Virus record (IMG/VR): IMGVR_UViG_3300037511_000475
Direction: 5' to 3' (one strand)
Length of the DNA: 64,000 nt
Source: a virus
The notes under the pieces were generated by a model. The model searched no databases, had not been told where the DNA came from, and saw nothing but the letters and a program-made list of their open reading frames with translations. Position numbers and translations under genes: made by a program. Every line of letters starts with the position of its first letter. The stretch's first letter is position 1. This document shows, one piece after another, positions 37,901 to 45,143 of the stretch.

Positions 37901-38970
37901 TTCAATTGTCTAATTTGGCTGCACAAGCAGAAGTCGATCGCCGTGCCATGGAAGAAGAAGCCTATCAGGAGCGGCGTAGGGTCACAGACTCATCAATGAC
38001 ACTAGGACAGGCGATAATCGACCAGCGCAAAGCCAGAGGACAGGATACAAGGCAGGGCGAGCGAGAAATGGCGATCGCTTCTCAGCAACTTGATTTTCAA
38101 TCAGGGTTGAGAGAGATTCAACAACTGCAAGACACAATGCAGATTTCTGCGACTACTGCGGCACAACTCAGAGACAACCTATCTCAAATCAATTCCGTAA
38201 AACTGGATACAATCAACAGCCAGTTCGACGTGTTCAGTTCACAAGTATTGCCAGAGCTTCAGGGAGCAACACAAAATCTATTTTCTGGGCTGATTAACGG
38301 TTCAATGAACCTGGAAAGCATCTTAGATAATCTGCTCTCTAGCCTTGCAAACATTGCCGCTCAACTGCTCACCCAAGAATTGTTCGGGAATTTTATGGGA
38401 GGAGGTAATTCAGGCTTTGGCGGTGGAATTCTGGGAGCCGTTGCCGGAGGTGGTAAAAACTTTGGTGCCCTGGCAGGTGGTGGCGGTGGAAAGTCTTCAG
38501 GTTGGATGGATATTGCGGGGCTATTCCTTAATGCAGCCGTTGGCGGGTTTGCTGATGGGGGTGTTGTTGGATCTGCCAACCATAGCAACTATAAGCAGGG
38601 TTACGGCGAGATATCTAAAGCACTTCAAAGAGAAGGCCCAAATGGGGTATTGGCAGCTTTAACGCCCGGAGAACTGGTACTTAATAACCGTGAAACACGC
38701 AGGTTCTTTGATCTTGGCTTAGATAAGGTATTGAATTTCAAAGAGGGCGGCGTTGTTGGTGGAGCAGGTAAGTCACCTGTAACAGTGCAGGCAGCGCCAC
38801 AAATGGGAGGCGGCATTAACGTATCAATTCCCATCAATAATGAGTTCAAAGGACAGGGGCAAGGACAAGACAACCCAATCAACTCACAGCGTCTAGAGTC
38901 CGTAGTTCGCAACTTGGTTATTAGCGAACTGGAAAACCAAACTCGATACAGGGGGATTGTACGAAGATAG
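28921..38970 (+). CDS. tape measure protein with zincin-like, M23 peptidase and lytic transglycosylase domains
   Basis: 3349 aa, Ala/Gln-rich helical; tape domain near 33480; HGGIDFG/EYNHL/GAHLD; LAALMSWES...GLIQF; C-terminal FADGGVV/GELVL. Confidence 0.93.
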   Translation: MPTILDTLLLEVDLDPSRYAAKIGQLRTDAMASAKEVESVFKSVNATLSAKVDDRALTALNKHLDLKQAHFAQVRRDFQQNPLKPRVDFKDLDNLERRLNRLKSGSFNVNISASGGTSSGSHQQMADAIGRAVAKHSRPSTVSRIVGGVANAATAPIRAALAIPSQVISQSAQGIAFGVANEVSKNLGKGLSTALESAVSRSFGSTELIGEKLGGAVGAAVVDAFGDRIKSIPDLLEKAIDRIQSPKKRAELKKMLATIQEVPGVVRKQAVDTLGGEAAVAQEGMAVRQSQRKRKQAKKPATQEGAATEWRDALWNRDLVNAEAGDRRTANDKQRAILQRQGQEAQKAFADLNKQLEEAKATGDKELEAETNKAIAQVSAIAMGTVEAIEQLEKLDTEIAKESQKADERVKQAYARYQSVMPRQRPKSYEDLFSQATKGAVSQEKMPVLRVADTKLKKIGAKAQYDVARNAIEVTRETYDAIVSGTLTNAQRETLLEELNHAVDFDFGSFKGMQAAKSRRVVGKPVTPTAEEFAKLAPELGLYSPDRRALELNAKVKAMRDLDAVSQSSRQAKNLELVPEVAVNKLKIERQRKLFDAQLGWLDEQGAAKGVDVSGFVGKYRELFDDLDSKITGLVSSVTEAGLDADPAEVEAAIKKMEAYWSTLETLNTKLQERIKLTAQGVGPKPESASLARTTQAIAQQSGEGKTVRERVNDVAYQAGAIAGNAAGAMRSVIGSPQVQAIGKFTVGVYKASEAIESLVLDLVPFGRIAKGTIKNVAAPMAMYGAATHLLPGGAALGEAITHTAQMGLTPIGNMVSGGMMDAASATISHLPGAFGIQQAVSGAVSAGIESLTQAGTAAIASVGTALIGGKAMQNAAAMPLKAIAPGSALQLQSAQQKALPGSNAAAALTLTSPTTLNEAKTKAVEAAYKAGQMAGEAIANVQELIDAGNALVGNVSSAYANLKDAIKTAEKAMKTGDQGAIAETQRNVKAYEEAFQETKEHVLGRINDLLEFARDAGEAQFGAKGLSALGGIKGRITQQFNRAEQQTRKFKNKAGIADDAIDVPSVAAQPKEVRPVPVNLPEARPIVDLSTEYEALGEDLWAQKLSLESFGDALDKARQGLEDFLATTYDVEAQGSVMGTAKAALQTPKAREQIKDLAVNAGGMAASAAMGHQGNLAGIAGDISGALITRQLIELGIALKKAKQNLDQSLASGDMSGLDKFKLLMTSLNNELQSKAFELNQKDAIFGDITGFAVGNAAAQLPNVLQAAGVPGAGAVGKLPVGAIAASLSVDSLRKLRDQIADAVSQGASEGLDESLGEDLAAQSLDLSKRGLKPRRGMNDAEKAYYQDLIRVIDDAIAKADQFDKAYAAADPQVQQRLDESRKKLQAQIDPDPQGIIQQVQSTIEEYEKVIAELEAGYNERINKSQEKVAEDLEYRKAYAELMGKDPDLGAIEAPPMPKENKFFEALKGDIGEIIKGTKSLGSALTGLIPAAAGLGAIVAFGPQLWDLGKSSIEAAMDMQQLERTVMFASGSFQQGQKNLAMLRDEANRLGVDLKNSMEGFAGFANATRGTSLEGAATEQINKAIQEGAAISQLTGQQTDRLYKVFRDIAGKGQVYSEELVGQLAEVGGVFSGGLQIAARSYGINSQQLRKRMSRGEIKSEDFLPRFAQQLSAETATSVESSANSAQASVNRLNNAIFELQAAIGKQLLPVRNMGLDMLTKALQATMVVLPPFIQLLSSAAIAAITRYAAALVTAGGAKMGFVTITKLAGVAIKSFIGLMKSSALSTAGLTVGLFGAIELFKLFKSVQEDAGGAAKDFAEQSRKSLEEYLRLTGQAIDKTKELADAQRNNAPSASEGGILGTLAQSIFGDAGTQFLRNAETGIQRRLGLSTLADKKASDVLVNSREGRFNTDQLLGQAQQMFGRGGNAQGQLRQLMDIDARIQQERDRRATIDPGNESDVRASQAREQELLAAREEAVKAVALLQKSFAERVESIKAAQDRIQQALDEGNLTPEDTAALRTEYDQLGRQLEDVKTMQDRFNKAMSQGLQINQQLQRSFDKIADSISDANQALSIQEAKSRQTLANLQTTTNLTPGQLQGMQNTNAIQGSVNRIAVNQQARSGLQSLYDSPAIQEALSAAGLSSDSGVAEIRRRIDSIGESLTTETRDRLTMAADARERMQQLDLETAGMAADIAETQAQAAQAMRDLNKEIKDYLKEVQRAAEDLAQTTKRTNFQVAIQDAKSRISTALGDYSDNFFSGIIDALDQALQAIFKIPQNWLDLTEQITQINRTFQDGQQNLSNLQGQAIPQGTITTPGDANSGSGGGFFSPLRGRSVQELVNYQESEDQGWRATRHRRSGVGVHGGIDFGRNIGGVPGAEVVAMESGNATIRQIATAEGTGEGSMQIRIEFVDEQGRPITLEYNHLAESAVRQALGRTSGTVPVNAGQVIGRIGQDDTISSGAHLDTKIRINGEFVDPQQYIQARGGSGGMVTTLSGRQVRVNAAGGAQLTPQPTRSPASAPTGQQYRPRAGTARTAESVQRDPAGAAAIVASAQRLQLDPVQLAALMSWESAGTLNPNVMGGDGGQYRGLIQFSPSNQRQYGINGNMSIAEQMPAVERYLLDRGFVPGQMDIRGAYSAVLAGNANQRYWNRTDSNGTSVNNAAGRFRSGEHYDRAARFLQNSNVDPRNPGAIASTSSSTGTGVPGAQLLPGVPLDTTSLNASSEGLRANAQAASANAYANFNSNNRAAVAEAVGILDRVSTQIRQNSRSQADAVRQAQQAVDDAFAEGRADTSENRYQEALRRVTQEESQRATELSRNIEDSTRSLEQLRLNRSLMQEELNKAQQLVADNPALREQMAPAIQKFNETLSEIDGLIAETETNIGKLQEAADQAPIASMAKRKKLYNDRQREIANERFAQSSRLIQGDMGITQAAIEGMQIRGEEVRPAQRGLQAQQIMFDYRSQIRDIDNMEASMEITAETAAKLREQLGQLRDVQLSNLAAQAEVDRRAMEEEAYQERRRVTDSSMTLGQAIIDQRKARGQDTRQGEREMAIASQQLDFQSGLREIQQLQDTMQISATTAAQLRDNLSQINSVKLDTINSQFDVFSSQVLPELQGATQNLFSGLINGSMNLESILDNLLSSLANIAAQLLTQELFGNFMGGGNSGFGGGILGAVAGGGKNFGALAGGGGGKSSGWMDIAGLFLNAAVGGFADGGVVGSANHSNYKQGYGEISKALQREGPNGVLAALTPGELVLNNRETRRFFDLGLDKVLNFKEGGVVGGAGKSPVTVQAAPQMGGGINVSIPINNEFKGQGQGQDNPINSQRLESVVRNLVISELENQTRYRGIVRR

Positions 38971-39003
38971 GCGATCGCCGCCACAGCACTTAAAAGCCTC
39001 TGA

Positions 39004-39022
39004 TGTATTGAAATAAGATACA
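39004..39022. promoter_or_regulatory. operator motif A inside an extended hairpin between convergent genes
   Basis: CTCTGATGTATTG AAATA AGATACATCAGAG. Confidence 0.6.
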
Positions 39023-39049
39023 TCAGAGGCGACCAGTTAAGGGCGATCG

Positions 39050-39691
39050 CTAATCAACATGCTTCCAGATTTCACGCCTTACGATGTAACCAACCAGGCT
39101 AAAGTGAACGCTGTACTTTTCCGCTATTTGGGAATAACTCAAGCCACTAGCATGCAATTGTCGAATTTCGCGCACTTGCGATTCCTTGAGCTTAGAATTT
39201 ATCTGCTTTTCACCTTTGTATGAACGCCCAGAAACAACCATATCATTGCTATTTTGCTGTGGCGTCCCTGCATATAGATGCCTTGGATTTATGCATTTTC
39301 GGTTATTGCATTTATGGCAAGCAATTATTTGACGCCCAATCAATTGAAAGCCCTGCTGCTGAAGGACAAAGCGATGTAATGAAATCTTTTTGCCGTTAAT
39401 CATCATCTCGGGATAGCCATTGGGCCTGACATAAACATCGGGTTCCAAGCATCCTGTCTCGGGAATCTCTTTCAACCTGCCTTTTTCCCTCAGCTGTTCA
39501 ACTACATCCTTACTAGGATCAATGCAAGGCGATGGTCGATATCTGCGCTTGACATCCTCACATGAAGCCTTTAAGAGCTTTGCGACCGTAGGGTAAACAA
39601 CCCCGCACCGTTCCGCAATCTCCTTTACTGGAACACCTTGGTTATAAAGCTCGATAATTTTCGCGTTTCGCTTCTGTGTGCGCTTAAGCAT
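39050..39691 (-). CDS. HNH homing-type endonuclease with N- and C-terminal HTH domains
   Basis: LHRFV...ACHKCNNRKCINPRHLYAGTPQQNSNDM; LKESQVREIR...SYSQIAEKY; ATG 39691 preferred. Confidence 0.9.
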   Translation of the reverse strand: MLKRTQKRNAKIIELYNQGVPVKEIAERCGVVYPTVAKLLKASCEDVKRRYRPSPCIDPSKDVVEQLREKGRLKEIPETGCLEPDVYVRPNGYPEMMINGKKISLHRFVLQQQGFQLIGRQIIACHKCNNRKCINPRHLYAGTPQQNSNDMVVSGRSYKGEKQINSKLKESQVREIRQLHASGLSYSQIAEKYSVHFSLVGYIVRREIWKHVD

Positions 39692-39707
39692 ATTCAACCT
39701 CGCAAGA

Positions 39708-39726
39708 TGTATTGTAATAGAATACA
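39708..39726. promoter_or_regulatory. operator motif A
   Basis: TGTATTG TAATA GAATACA upstream of HNH. Confidence 0.75.
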
Positions 39727-39759
39727 AAACGGTCAAAAAAACACCTTAGGGCGATCGCC

Positions 39760-39921
39760 CTACCTACCTTCACCCTTCGATTCAGACTCGTTCACAACTT
39801 CTTCCATGCAAGTTTCGATCAGGTTACTAAGCGATCGCCTCCTTGTCTTTGCCAAAAGTTCCAACCGCGCCTTCAATTCCTCATCCAGGTAAAGCGAAAT
39901 CCGTTTTTTGCTTGTTGTCAT
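39760..39921 (-). CDS. ribbon-helix-helix regulator, 53 aa, not in ORF track
   Basis: MTTSKKRISLYLDEELKARLELLAKTRRRSLSNLIETCMEEVVNESESKGEGR. Confidence 0.85.
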   Translation of the reverse strand: MTTSKKRISLYLDEELKARLELLAKTRRRSLSNLIETCMEEVVNESESKGEGR

Positions 39922-39988
39922 AATCGCGCCTTAATAGTGCTGGCATAACACTATGGTAGCACTACCAAAGGGTGATTGTGTTGCGGTT

Positions 39989-40000
39989 AAAAACTCACGG
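39989..40000 (+). promoter_or_regulatory. candidate late-promoter motif B
   Basis: AAAAACTCACGG(ATT) upstream of tail tip operon. Confidence 0.7.
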
Positions 40001-40060
40001 ATTAGGGGCGATCGCCTTCATTGATTGAATAGAGTAGATACAGCATCGCTCCTTCAGCCA

Positions 40061-40981
40061 ATGGCATACCCTACCCTAAATCTGCCCGTAAAATGGGCTT
40101 TCCAGCAGTCCTACGATGTCAATCACCTAAACACAAAATTAGGTGATTCTTATCAACAGTTCAGTTACCAAGGCGTATCTTTTGATGATCAATTTAAAGA
40201 AACCCTGCAAGTATCGGCAGTCCTAACCCAGGCTGAAAAAGACGCGCTTGATATATTGCTCCGTAACTGGCTAGGGGTGCAGCGTTTCTTATGGAGCCCG
40301 ATACCGGACGAAATTACACCCAGGGCTTTTGTCTGTGAAACCTGGAATTTTAAGGAGTTAGGGGTTGATACCTGGGAGTTCTCAGCAGCATTTGAAAAAA
40401 CGGTTGATGCACCGGGCTTATACGTTGCAGGTGGAGGCAGTGATGCCAGCCTACCGCCTCCACCCGTAGATGGCGGCACAGGAGGCGATCCGGATGAAGA
40501 TGATGGCACGAGTTCAGGCGGTGAAGCAGCACCCGTAGAGGAAACAGGCTACATTGTGACCGATGACGGGAGTTACGTTGTTGATGATAGCGGTGTGTTT
40601 GTAACCATCATTGAAAACGCACGGGTGAAGGTTCGTTATCAGTGGGAAGTTGACGTGGTAGCTGTTGATGCCAGGCCATTGTGTACGCCCGTTTGGGAAC
40701 TTCGCACGGAAGTATGGGCGGGTGATTACAACGAAGGTCTACGTCCTCCTGTTACTGCATCGGCTCCAATTTTTACTACCACTGGAACAGATACTGCTGG
40801 CACGGCACAGCACTATTTCACAGTGACCTTTGATGGCTTAGGCAACAGCGGCGTATCTGGCACCAAAGACCTGTTTATCTATTCGGGTGTTACAGGCGGC
40901 CCTGATAGTTGTTATGCATCGTTGAGTAGCATGGCACCCAGGGTAAGAAACTTTTCCTACACTGTGGAGGCTTGGCCTTAA
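40061..40981 (+). CDS. distal tail protein (lambda gpM-like) with C-terminal accessory domain
   Basis: KLGDSYQQ, LLRNWLGVQRFLWSP, FVCETW, FSAAFEK; Pro/Gly/Asp linker then about 170 extra aa. Confidence 0.8.
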   Translation: MAYPTLNLPVKWAFQQSYDVNHLNTKLGDSYQQFSYQGVSFDDQFKETLQVSAVLTQAEKDALDILLRNWLGVQRFLWSPIPDEITPRAFVCETWNFKELGVDTWEFSAAFEKTVDAPGLYVAGGGSDASLPPPPVDGGTGGDPDEDDGTSSGGEAAPVEETGYIVTDDGSYVVDDSGVFVTIIENARVKVRYQWEVDVVAVDARPLCTPVWELRTEVWAGDYNEGLRPPVTASAPIFTTTGTDTAGTAQHYFTVTFDGLGNSGVSGTKDLFIYSGVTGGPDSCYASLSSMAPRVRNFSYTVEAWP

Positions 40982-41319
40982 TGACATTCGATGCTTTGCC
41001 TTTGCGCTATCAGTGGGAAGGTGATTTTAAGACAGAAGGACAGTTAATAGTTAATCAGTATCAAAACGCTGTACGGCAATCTAGACGGCGAAACCGCATT
41101 CGGCACGTTATCGAGAGCGGCACTGTGACAGCTTTTGCTGATGATTTTGAACAAGCTGAAAACATGGATGAATTCCTTAGAAGTACACCTGGCAGAATCT
41201 TTAAGTTAGCCAGCGGGGATACAAAGCTATGGCGTTGCATTCAATACAGTAAAGCACTGCAAGGGGCAAAAGGTGAAACGTCTTTTACCCTACAAATCAT
41301 GCAGGTTTACAAGCCTTGA
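40981..41319 (+). CDS. second gpM-like tail protein
   Basis: NQYQNAVRQ, MDEFLR, WRCIQY, SFTLQIMQVY; TAATG overlap. Confidence 0.6.
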   Translation: MTFDALPLRYQWEGDFKTEGQLIVNQYQNAVRQSRRRNRIRHVIESGTVTAFADDFEQAENMDEFLRSTPGRIFKLASGDTKLWRCIQYSKALQGAKGETSFTLQIMQVYKP

Positions 41320-41320
41320 A

Positions 41321-41339
41321 TGTATTGTAATACGATACA
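41321..41339. promoter_or_regulatory. operator motif A
   Basis: TGTATTG TAATA CGATACA upstream of thyX-like gene. Confidence 0.8.
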
Positions 41340-41369
41340 ATTTAGAGAGTAATTTTGCGAGTTTTGCTT

Positions 41370-42170
41370 ATGAAAATCAGTGCTGAAGTGCTGGCTGATT
41401 CTATCAACAAGGTAACGGGCGATCGCCTCACAACCTTAAAAATTGTATGCCCCAAATTCATATTGGCTGAATTCAATACCCATAGAGTTCTATCGCGCAA
41501 CTTCAGCAGTTCTAGGGCTGTTCCTGCTAAGAAGATGCGCGCAAAAGTAATTTTTGATCCTGTTATTCCGGTTTCTTTTGGTCGCAATCAATCAGGAATG
41601 CAGGCAAAAGAAGAGTTAACTGGATGGCGGCGATCGCTCGCTATGAAAACATGGCTTTGGGCTCGTTATCCTGCGTGTGTCTTTCACTTTGTTGGTGAAA
41701 AGATTGGACTGCACAAGCAGCTACTAAACCGAATTATTGAGCCTTGGCTATGGGCAGAAGGAATCATATCTTCTACGACATGGGAAAACCTTTTTGTATT
41801 GCGTGACCACCCAGACGCGCAGCCAGAATTTCAAGCATTAGCCTGTGCGATGAGGGAGGCGATCGCCGCTTCTGTTCCCAACAAACTACCGCCTGGTGCA
41901 TGGCACATACCGTTTGCGCCAGACCATGGGCAAATGGAAATTGTTAAAAAAATATCGGCTGCCAGGTGTGCAAGAGTTAGCTATTTTCTGCGTTCTGGTG
42001 TTGAGTCAGACGTGAAGGCTGACGTGAAGTTGTGCGATCGCCTTGCTGGGTCTAACCCAAAGCATCTTTCGCCGTTTGAGCATCAAGCAATGGCACTAGA
42101 AGAAAGTGTGCAGAGCGGCAATTTTAGGGGGTGGATGCAGTATCGAAAGGAGCTAGAAAATAATGCGTGA
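41370..42170 (+). CDS. thyX: flavin-dependent thymidylate synthase-like protein
   Basis: THRVLSRNFSSSR fits xHRx7SxR; HPDAQPE, ARCARVSY, HLSPFEH. Confidence 0.75.
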   Translation: MKISAEVLADSINKVTGDRLTTLKIVCPKFILAEFNTHRVLSRNFSSSRAVPAKKMRAKVIFDPVIPVSFGRNQSGMQAKEELTGWRRSLAMKTWLWARYPACVFHFVGEKIGLHKQLLNRIIEPWLWAEGIISSTTWENLFVLRDHPDAQPEFQALACAMREAIAASVPNKLPPGAWHIPFAPDHGQMEIVKKISAARCARVSYFLRSGVESDVKADVKLCDRLAGSNPKHLSPFEHQAMALEESVQSGNFRGWMQYRKELENNA

Positions 42171-42843
42171 TCTCTATTCCTTAGAACAGGAAACACCAAT
42201 TGAATTGTTCGAGCTAACAAACTTTAATCGTCTCAATATGGCTGAGACGATTAGGTTTTGCAACTACACTGATGTTGTTTTTGAGGGCAACCAATATCTA
42301 GCACTGGCTTGTGAAGCAAAAGGCTTCGACGTTACCACACAAGGAACCAACCCCATGCCCACGATTACTATCAGTAATGCGGGTAGATTTATTGGTAGCT
42401 GGATCAGGGTTTGCGAAACTAATTCAAATTATTTCTTGGAAGGTGCAAGAGTCATCCGGCGAATGACTCAGAAAAAGTTTCTTGACGGGCAAGAGTTTGA
42501 GGATGATCCAATTAGAGAATATGCTCAACACGTTTATAGGATCGAGCAAGTAACGGATATCACGCCTGAATTTGCCAATTTCAAACTTTCTAATCCGTGG
42601 GAATTAGAAGGGGTAACTTTGCCCCGTCGCATCGTCCATAGAGACTGTTCATGGACGTTTCGCGGCCCTCGGTGCGGCTATGCAGGCACAGTGATGCGCG
42701 ATGTTAATGGCAATGTCACGACCGACCCGACAAAGTTTGATTGCGGAAAAACGGCTGCTAACTGCGCTCAATATTTCGGGAGTAATGCAATCTTGCCCTT
42801 TGGCGGGTTCGTAAATCTTGGGGCGTTTGGAGGAATTAACTAA
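42163..42843 (+). CDS. minor tail protein L (lambda gpL-like)
   Basis: YLALACEAKGF, PTITISN, CSWTFRGPRCGY...CGK...C four-Cys cluster. Confidence 0.9.
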   Translation: MRDLYSLEQETPIELFELTNFNRLNMAETIRFCNYTDVVFEGNQYLALACEAKGFDVTTQGTNPMPTITISNAGRFIGSWIRVCETNSNYFLEGARVIRRMTQKKFLDGQEFEDDPIREYAQHVYRIEQVTDITPEFANFKLSNPWELEGVTLPRRIVHRDCSWTFRGPRCGYAGTVMRDVNGNVTTDPTKFDCGKTAANCAQYFGSNAILPFGGFVNLGAFGGIN

Positions 42844-43622
42844 TGCGTGACATCATTCTCAACGAAGATCACAAGGCCATCATTAAGGCGATCGCCCTCC
42901 ACACTCCCGAAGTAGAAACCTGCGGCGTAATCACCAAAGACGAAGTAATCCCGCTTGCGAATACAGCGGAATCACCTGATACTGCCTTTATGTTTGACCC
43001 GGATCAGTGGAGTGCTGTTAGTGATAGGGCGATCGCCATCTACCATTCTCACTGTTCCCGCTACCAGCCAGGGCAGTTATCCCCTGGTGATATTGAAAAT
43101 TCTGTGTTGTTTGGATTGCCTTACGTTTTGTATCACACGGCGTTCGATTGCTGGGATTACTACGACCCGAAACACACACATCCGTATCCGCTAAAGATTC
43201 AGCACCCAGAAAACACCCTTGAGTATTATCTTGGCTGGCAGTTCGAATGGGGGCGATCGGACTGTGCCGCTTTGGTGCGTGGTTTCTTTGAAGGTTTTCT
43301 AGGTTTGCCTGTGGGCACTTTCACCCGTGTAGACTTTACGCGTCTGGACGGCGATCGCACCTTCACCAGCGCATTGGAAGGTGCAGGCTTTGTAGATGTA
43401 TCAGCCAGGGTTAGAGAAGAGGGCCTGGTGCTCTACGACGTGCCCCTGATGTCGTTGCGATCGTGGGATAAAGGGGAACACATTGGAATTATTTGGACTG
43501 CTGGCAACATGCCCAGGATTTTGCATCACACGGGGGGCGATCGCCTCTCTGAGCACGTACCCTATGATGAGTTTTGGCAGCGTAAAACGCTTAAGGTGTT
43601 TCGCCACGAAAAGTTACTGTAA
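42843..43622 (+). CDS. tail tip protein K (JAB/MPN plus NlpC/P60)
   Basis: ETCGV, YHSH...LSPGD; FEWGRSDC, HIGI, ILHH. Confidence 0.9.
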   Translation: MRDIILNEDHKAIIKAIALHTPEVETCGVITKDEVIPLANTAESPDTAFMFDPDQWSAVSDRAIAIYHSHCSRYQPGQLSPGDIENSVLFGLPYVLYHTAFDCWDYYDPKHTHPYPLKIQHPENTLEYYLGWQFEWGRSDCAALVRGFFEGFLGLPVGTFTRVDFTRLDGDRTFTSALEGAGFVDVSARVREEGLVLYDVPLMSLRSWDKGEHIGIIWTAGNMPRILHHTGGDRLSEHVPYDEFWQRKTLKVFRHEKLL

Positions 43623-43655
43623 GCCAAAATAGAAATTCAACTCGCAAGACCTTTG

Positions 43656-43687
43656 GCCCCTGGGTAAAAATCCAGGGGTTTTCTTTT
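43656..43687 (+). terminator. intrinsic terminator
   Basis: CCCCTGG-GTAAAAAT-CCAGGGG-TTTTCTTTT. Confidence 0.8.
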
Positions 43688-43694
43688 GCCCGTG

Positions 43695-43994
43695 AAACTG
43701 ACTAACAAAAAGTTAGGCGAACATCTGTACACTAACCCTCTGACTAACGCACCTCAAACCCTTATTACTCCGTTCTTCTTACTCTCTCTTATTAGTCACA
43801 TTACCCATATAGTCAGTTAGATATAAAAATAAAAAAGTAAATATAGGGGGGGTAGTAGAAATAGAAATAATATATATAGGTATAGGGGCGATCTGCCTAA
43901 CTGACTAACTTAATCGGCTGAAACCTTTGCCCTGTATGGGCGGAGTCACTTTGTTACCCTGTCGTTTGTAGCCTAATCTGGGTTAGGCAGTTTT
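43695..43994 (+). repeat. origin-like dispersed element, copy 2
   Basis: Aligns by eye with 51694-52060; repeated TGACTAA/TTAGTCA, A-tract, G-tract. Confidence 0.85.
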
Positions 43995-44050
43995 TGGGAT
44001 TGATGGAAAATTGAGAAATGAGTGAGGGCGATCGGGTGGGTTAGAATTGG

Positions 44051-44299
44051 ATGAGAGTTGAGGCGATCGCCATGATTGGATTAAAGGTGTTTTGGATGGA
44101 GCTGACGGGCTATTCAAAGAAATGGCGGCGAAATATTGTGGTTGGCGATCGCTGCTGTTATCCAAACTTGAGCGGAGGATGGGCGATCGCAACGGTTCTG
44201 CGCGTAAGAGACGGGCTAGCATCAGTTGAGAGCAAAAGCTATGCTGCAACCGTTACACAATGGATCGAAGTAAGTCGGCTTTTCCCGCTGCCAGATTGA
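44051..44299 (+). CDS. hypothetical protein
   Basis: 82-aa ORF; start uncertain. Confidence 0.4.
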   Translation: MRVEAIAMIGLKVFWMELTGYSKKWRRNIVVGDRCCYPNLSGGWAIATVLRVRDGLASVESKSYAATVTQWIEVSRLFPLPD

Positions 44300-44339
44300 C
44301 AGGGGCGCGATAAGTTTTTGCGATCGCCCCTAGTCCTTC

Positions 44340-44358
44340 CGTATTGCTTATCAATACG
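44340..44358. promoter_or_regulatory. operator motif A (perfect, C-G outer pair)
   Basis: CGTATTG CTTAT CAATACG. Confidence 0.8.
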
Positions 44359-44428
44359 ACAAAGGGCTATGATTGTGGAGGCCGACATCGACGGTTCATG
44401 GCTGCTACTTTTAAATGGATTGACCTAA

Positions 44429-44457
44429 AGCTACGTGTTAGCGCACGTGGCTTTTTT
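44429..44457 (+). terminator. intrinsic terminator
   Basis: AGCTACGTG-TTAGCG-CACGTGGCT-TTTTT. Confidence 0.75.
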
Positions 44458-44505
44458 ATTGGGTGCGATCGCCCTCCGCCTCGACCCTGGGCTAAGATTG
44501 AAACG

Positions 44506-44524
44506 TGTATTGAATTGCAAGCCA
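44506..44524. promoter_or_regulatory. operator motif A, CAAGCC half-site variant
   Basis: TGTATTG AATTG CAAGCCA, 1 nt before gpI ATG. Confidence 0.7.
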
Positions 44525-44525
44525 G

Positions 44526-45125
44526 ATGATCACGGTTTACCTTGAAGGTGTTTTAGCCGAACAATTTACGCCTGCGATCGCCCTCGATGTCACATGCGTG
44601 GCTGAAGCGGTGCAGGGCTTGTCTGCCAACTTCCCAAGCTTTAGACGGCAAATAGGGGAGATGTTAGCGCGTGGCATCCGCTTTGTTGTGAGGGTTGGCA
44701 GCAAAGAAATTGGTGAGGAGTTTTTGAGAAGTCCGATCGCCTCTAAAGTGCGATCGATCAGGATTATCCCCGTCCCTGCTGGCTACGGCTCCAACGGTGG
44801 TGCATTCGCTCAGATTGCGATCGGGGTTGGTCTAATTGCCCTATCACTCACGGGCGTTGGTATTTTGGGCGTGGCACCAGCAACCCTGGCTCTGATGGGG
44901 GGTGTAATGGTTGCAAGAGGCATCATGAGCCTGATCTTTGGGCAGGTGAAAGACCCGGCATCACAGGAGGATGAAGGAGGGCGATCGCTCATCTGGGGGC
45001 AACCACAGCAAACCATCAAGGAGGGAGGGCGAATGCCCAGGCTTTACGGGCGGCATAAGGTAGGGCACTACATCATTTCGGGTGCGATAAGAACTTATTT
45101 TGTTGAGGATGACGACGATGATTAA
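44526..45125 (+). CDS. tail assembly protein I (lambda gpI-like)
   Basis: ITVYLEG.LAEQF, EAVQGL, IRIIPVPAG, hydrophobic segment, EGGRMPRLYG. Confidence 0.9.
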   Translation: MITVYLEGVLAEQFTPAIALDVTCVAEAVQGLSANFPSFRRQIGEMLARGIRFVVRVGSKEIGEEFLRSPIASKVRSIRIIPVPAGYGSNGGAFAQIAIGVGLIALSLTGVGILGVAPATLALMGGVMVARGIMSLIFGQVKDPASQEDEGGRSLIWGQPQQTIKEGGRMPRLYGRHKVGHYIISGAIRTYFVEDDDDD

Positions 45126-45143
45126 TGTGGAGGGCGATCGGAC

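Noticed and set aside
29215-39023. Many minus-strand ORFs of 60-150 aa opposite the tape measure and fibre genes
   Set aside because: Shadow ORFs from Ala/Gly-rich codon bias; no motifs or initiation context
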